IMG/VR virus record: IMGVR_UViG_2524614764_000005
Coordinates: 40,462 to 104,461 of that record
Reading direction: 5' to 3' (one strand)
DNA length: 64,000 nucleotides
From: a virus
Taxonomy: Duplodnaviria > Caudoviricetes
The notes beneath the pieces were generated by a model. It saw only the letters and a list, made by a program, of their open reading frames with translations, did no database searches and was not told the DNA's origin. A program made the translations under genes and the position numbers. Positions 63,170 to 64,000 of this stretch are shown piece after piece (the stretch's first letter is position 1; the number at the start of each line of letters is the position of its first letter).

Positions 63170-64000
63170 ATAACAAATTTAAACAAAAATTCAACATACA
63201 CAGCTGCAGATTGGTCAAAACACGAAGACGATTTTACACAAATGTTCTACAACCAAAATGTGAAGCAGTTCTGGCTACCTGAGGAGATCTCATTACAAGG
63301 AGACCTGTTAGCTTGGAGAATGCTTGATGAAAAAGAGCGAGATACGTATATGAAGGTACTTGCTGGACTGACTTTACTTGATACAGAACAAGGAAATACA
63401 GGGATGCCGATTGTGGCTGAACATGTAGAAGGCCATCAGCGCAAAGCGGTATTAAACTTTATGGCGATGATGGAAAATGCGGTACATGCGAAATCATACT
63501 CAAATATCTTCATGACACTCGCACCAACTGAAACGATCAATGAAGTGTTTGAATGGACTAAAAATAACAAATATCTTCAGAAGAAGGCAGACCTAATTGT
63601 ATCTGAATATAGAAATATTAAGAAAGGTGATCCCATTTCTCTTTACAAGGGAATGGTTGCATCAGTAATGCTTGAAAGCTTTCTGTTCTATAGCGGCTTT
63701 TATTACCCTCTATACTTTTATGGTCAGGGTAAGTTAATGCAATCAGGGGAAATTATCAACTTAATTTTAAGAGATGAGGCTATTCATGGAGTATATGTAG
63801 GTTTGCTCGCTCAGGAAATTTATAATAAGCAACCTGCCAATGCACAAGATGAATTACATAAGTGGACTATTAATCTATTGAGTGCTCTATATGAAAATGA
63901 ATGCGACTATACAGAGGATGTATACGATCAAGTAGGACTATCAAGCGATGTGAAAAAGTTCATTCGTTACAATGCCAATAAAGCGTTAATGAACCTTGGA
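63170..64000 (+). CDS. nrdF: Class Ib RNR beta subunit (truncated by window end; apparent ATA start)
   Basis: [52 protein letters not shown]. Confidence 0.95.
   Translation, partial: MTNLNKNSTYTAADWSKHEDDFTQMFYNQNVKQFWLPEEISLQGDLLAWRMLDEKERDTYMKVLAGLTLLDTEQGNTGMPIVAEHVEGHQRKAVLNFMAMMENAVHAKSYSNIFMTLAPTETINEVFEWTKNNKYLQKKADLIVSEYRNIKKGDPISLYKGMVASVMLESFLFYSGFYYPLYFYGQGKLMQSGEIINLILRDEAIHGVYVGLLAQEIYNKQPANAQDELHKWTINLLSALYENECDYTEDVYDQVGLSSDVKKFIRYNANKALMNLG

Larger units (their letters stand above)
1..64000. mobile_element. SPbeta-like temperate Bacillus phage/prophage (internal segment, no att sites visible)
   Basis: Gene order yonE-yonF-yonG-yonJ-yonK-yonN-yonO-yonR-yonT-yonV ... aimR-aimP-yopM..yopS ... 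ligB-yoqW ... yorF..yorS ... nrdIEF matches SPbeta synteny; SPBRE promoters are present. Confidence 0.95.

Overview
This window is a 64-kb internal segment of an SPbeta-like (Spbetavirus-type) temperate Bacillus phage or prophage. From left to right it contains: (1) the start of the leftward late/packaging operon (portal yonE, terminase yonF, yonG, yonJ, yonK, HU yonN) and the single-subunit RNA polymerase yonO; (2) a tubulin/FtsZ-family (TubZ-like) gene with a wHTH partner; (3) the yonT type I toxin locus and yonV; (4) an accessory region of small ORFs that includes an Ntn-hydrolase and a PIN gene; (5) an arbitrium system (aimR, aimP with peptide SASRGA) and the sro/yopM-yopS lysogeny operon; (6) RecD-like helicase, RNase H, ligB-yoqW, a phosphatase and a guanylate kinase; (7) a replication module that uses a family A polymerase where SPbeta has DnaE; (8) a Dam-like methyltransferase and nrdIEF. 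The most striking unexplained structure is a 16-bp dyad, TAAAA-N6-TTT(T/C)A, with a different 6-bp core in each copy. It occurs 20 or more times, almost always at gene junctions in the variable regions. It brackets foreign-looking single genes like cassettes and is a candidate site for an integron-like gene-cassette system driven by the tyrosine-recombinase-fold YopP. Other highlights are signal-less minigenes (MNLEAIKVGG, MADIRPGG) upstream of aimR that resemble arbitrium peptides, a ~1-kb structured non-coding region, and repeated near-cognate start codons. All gene names come from recognised motifs and SPbeta synteny; no database search was run.
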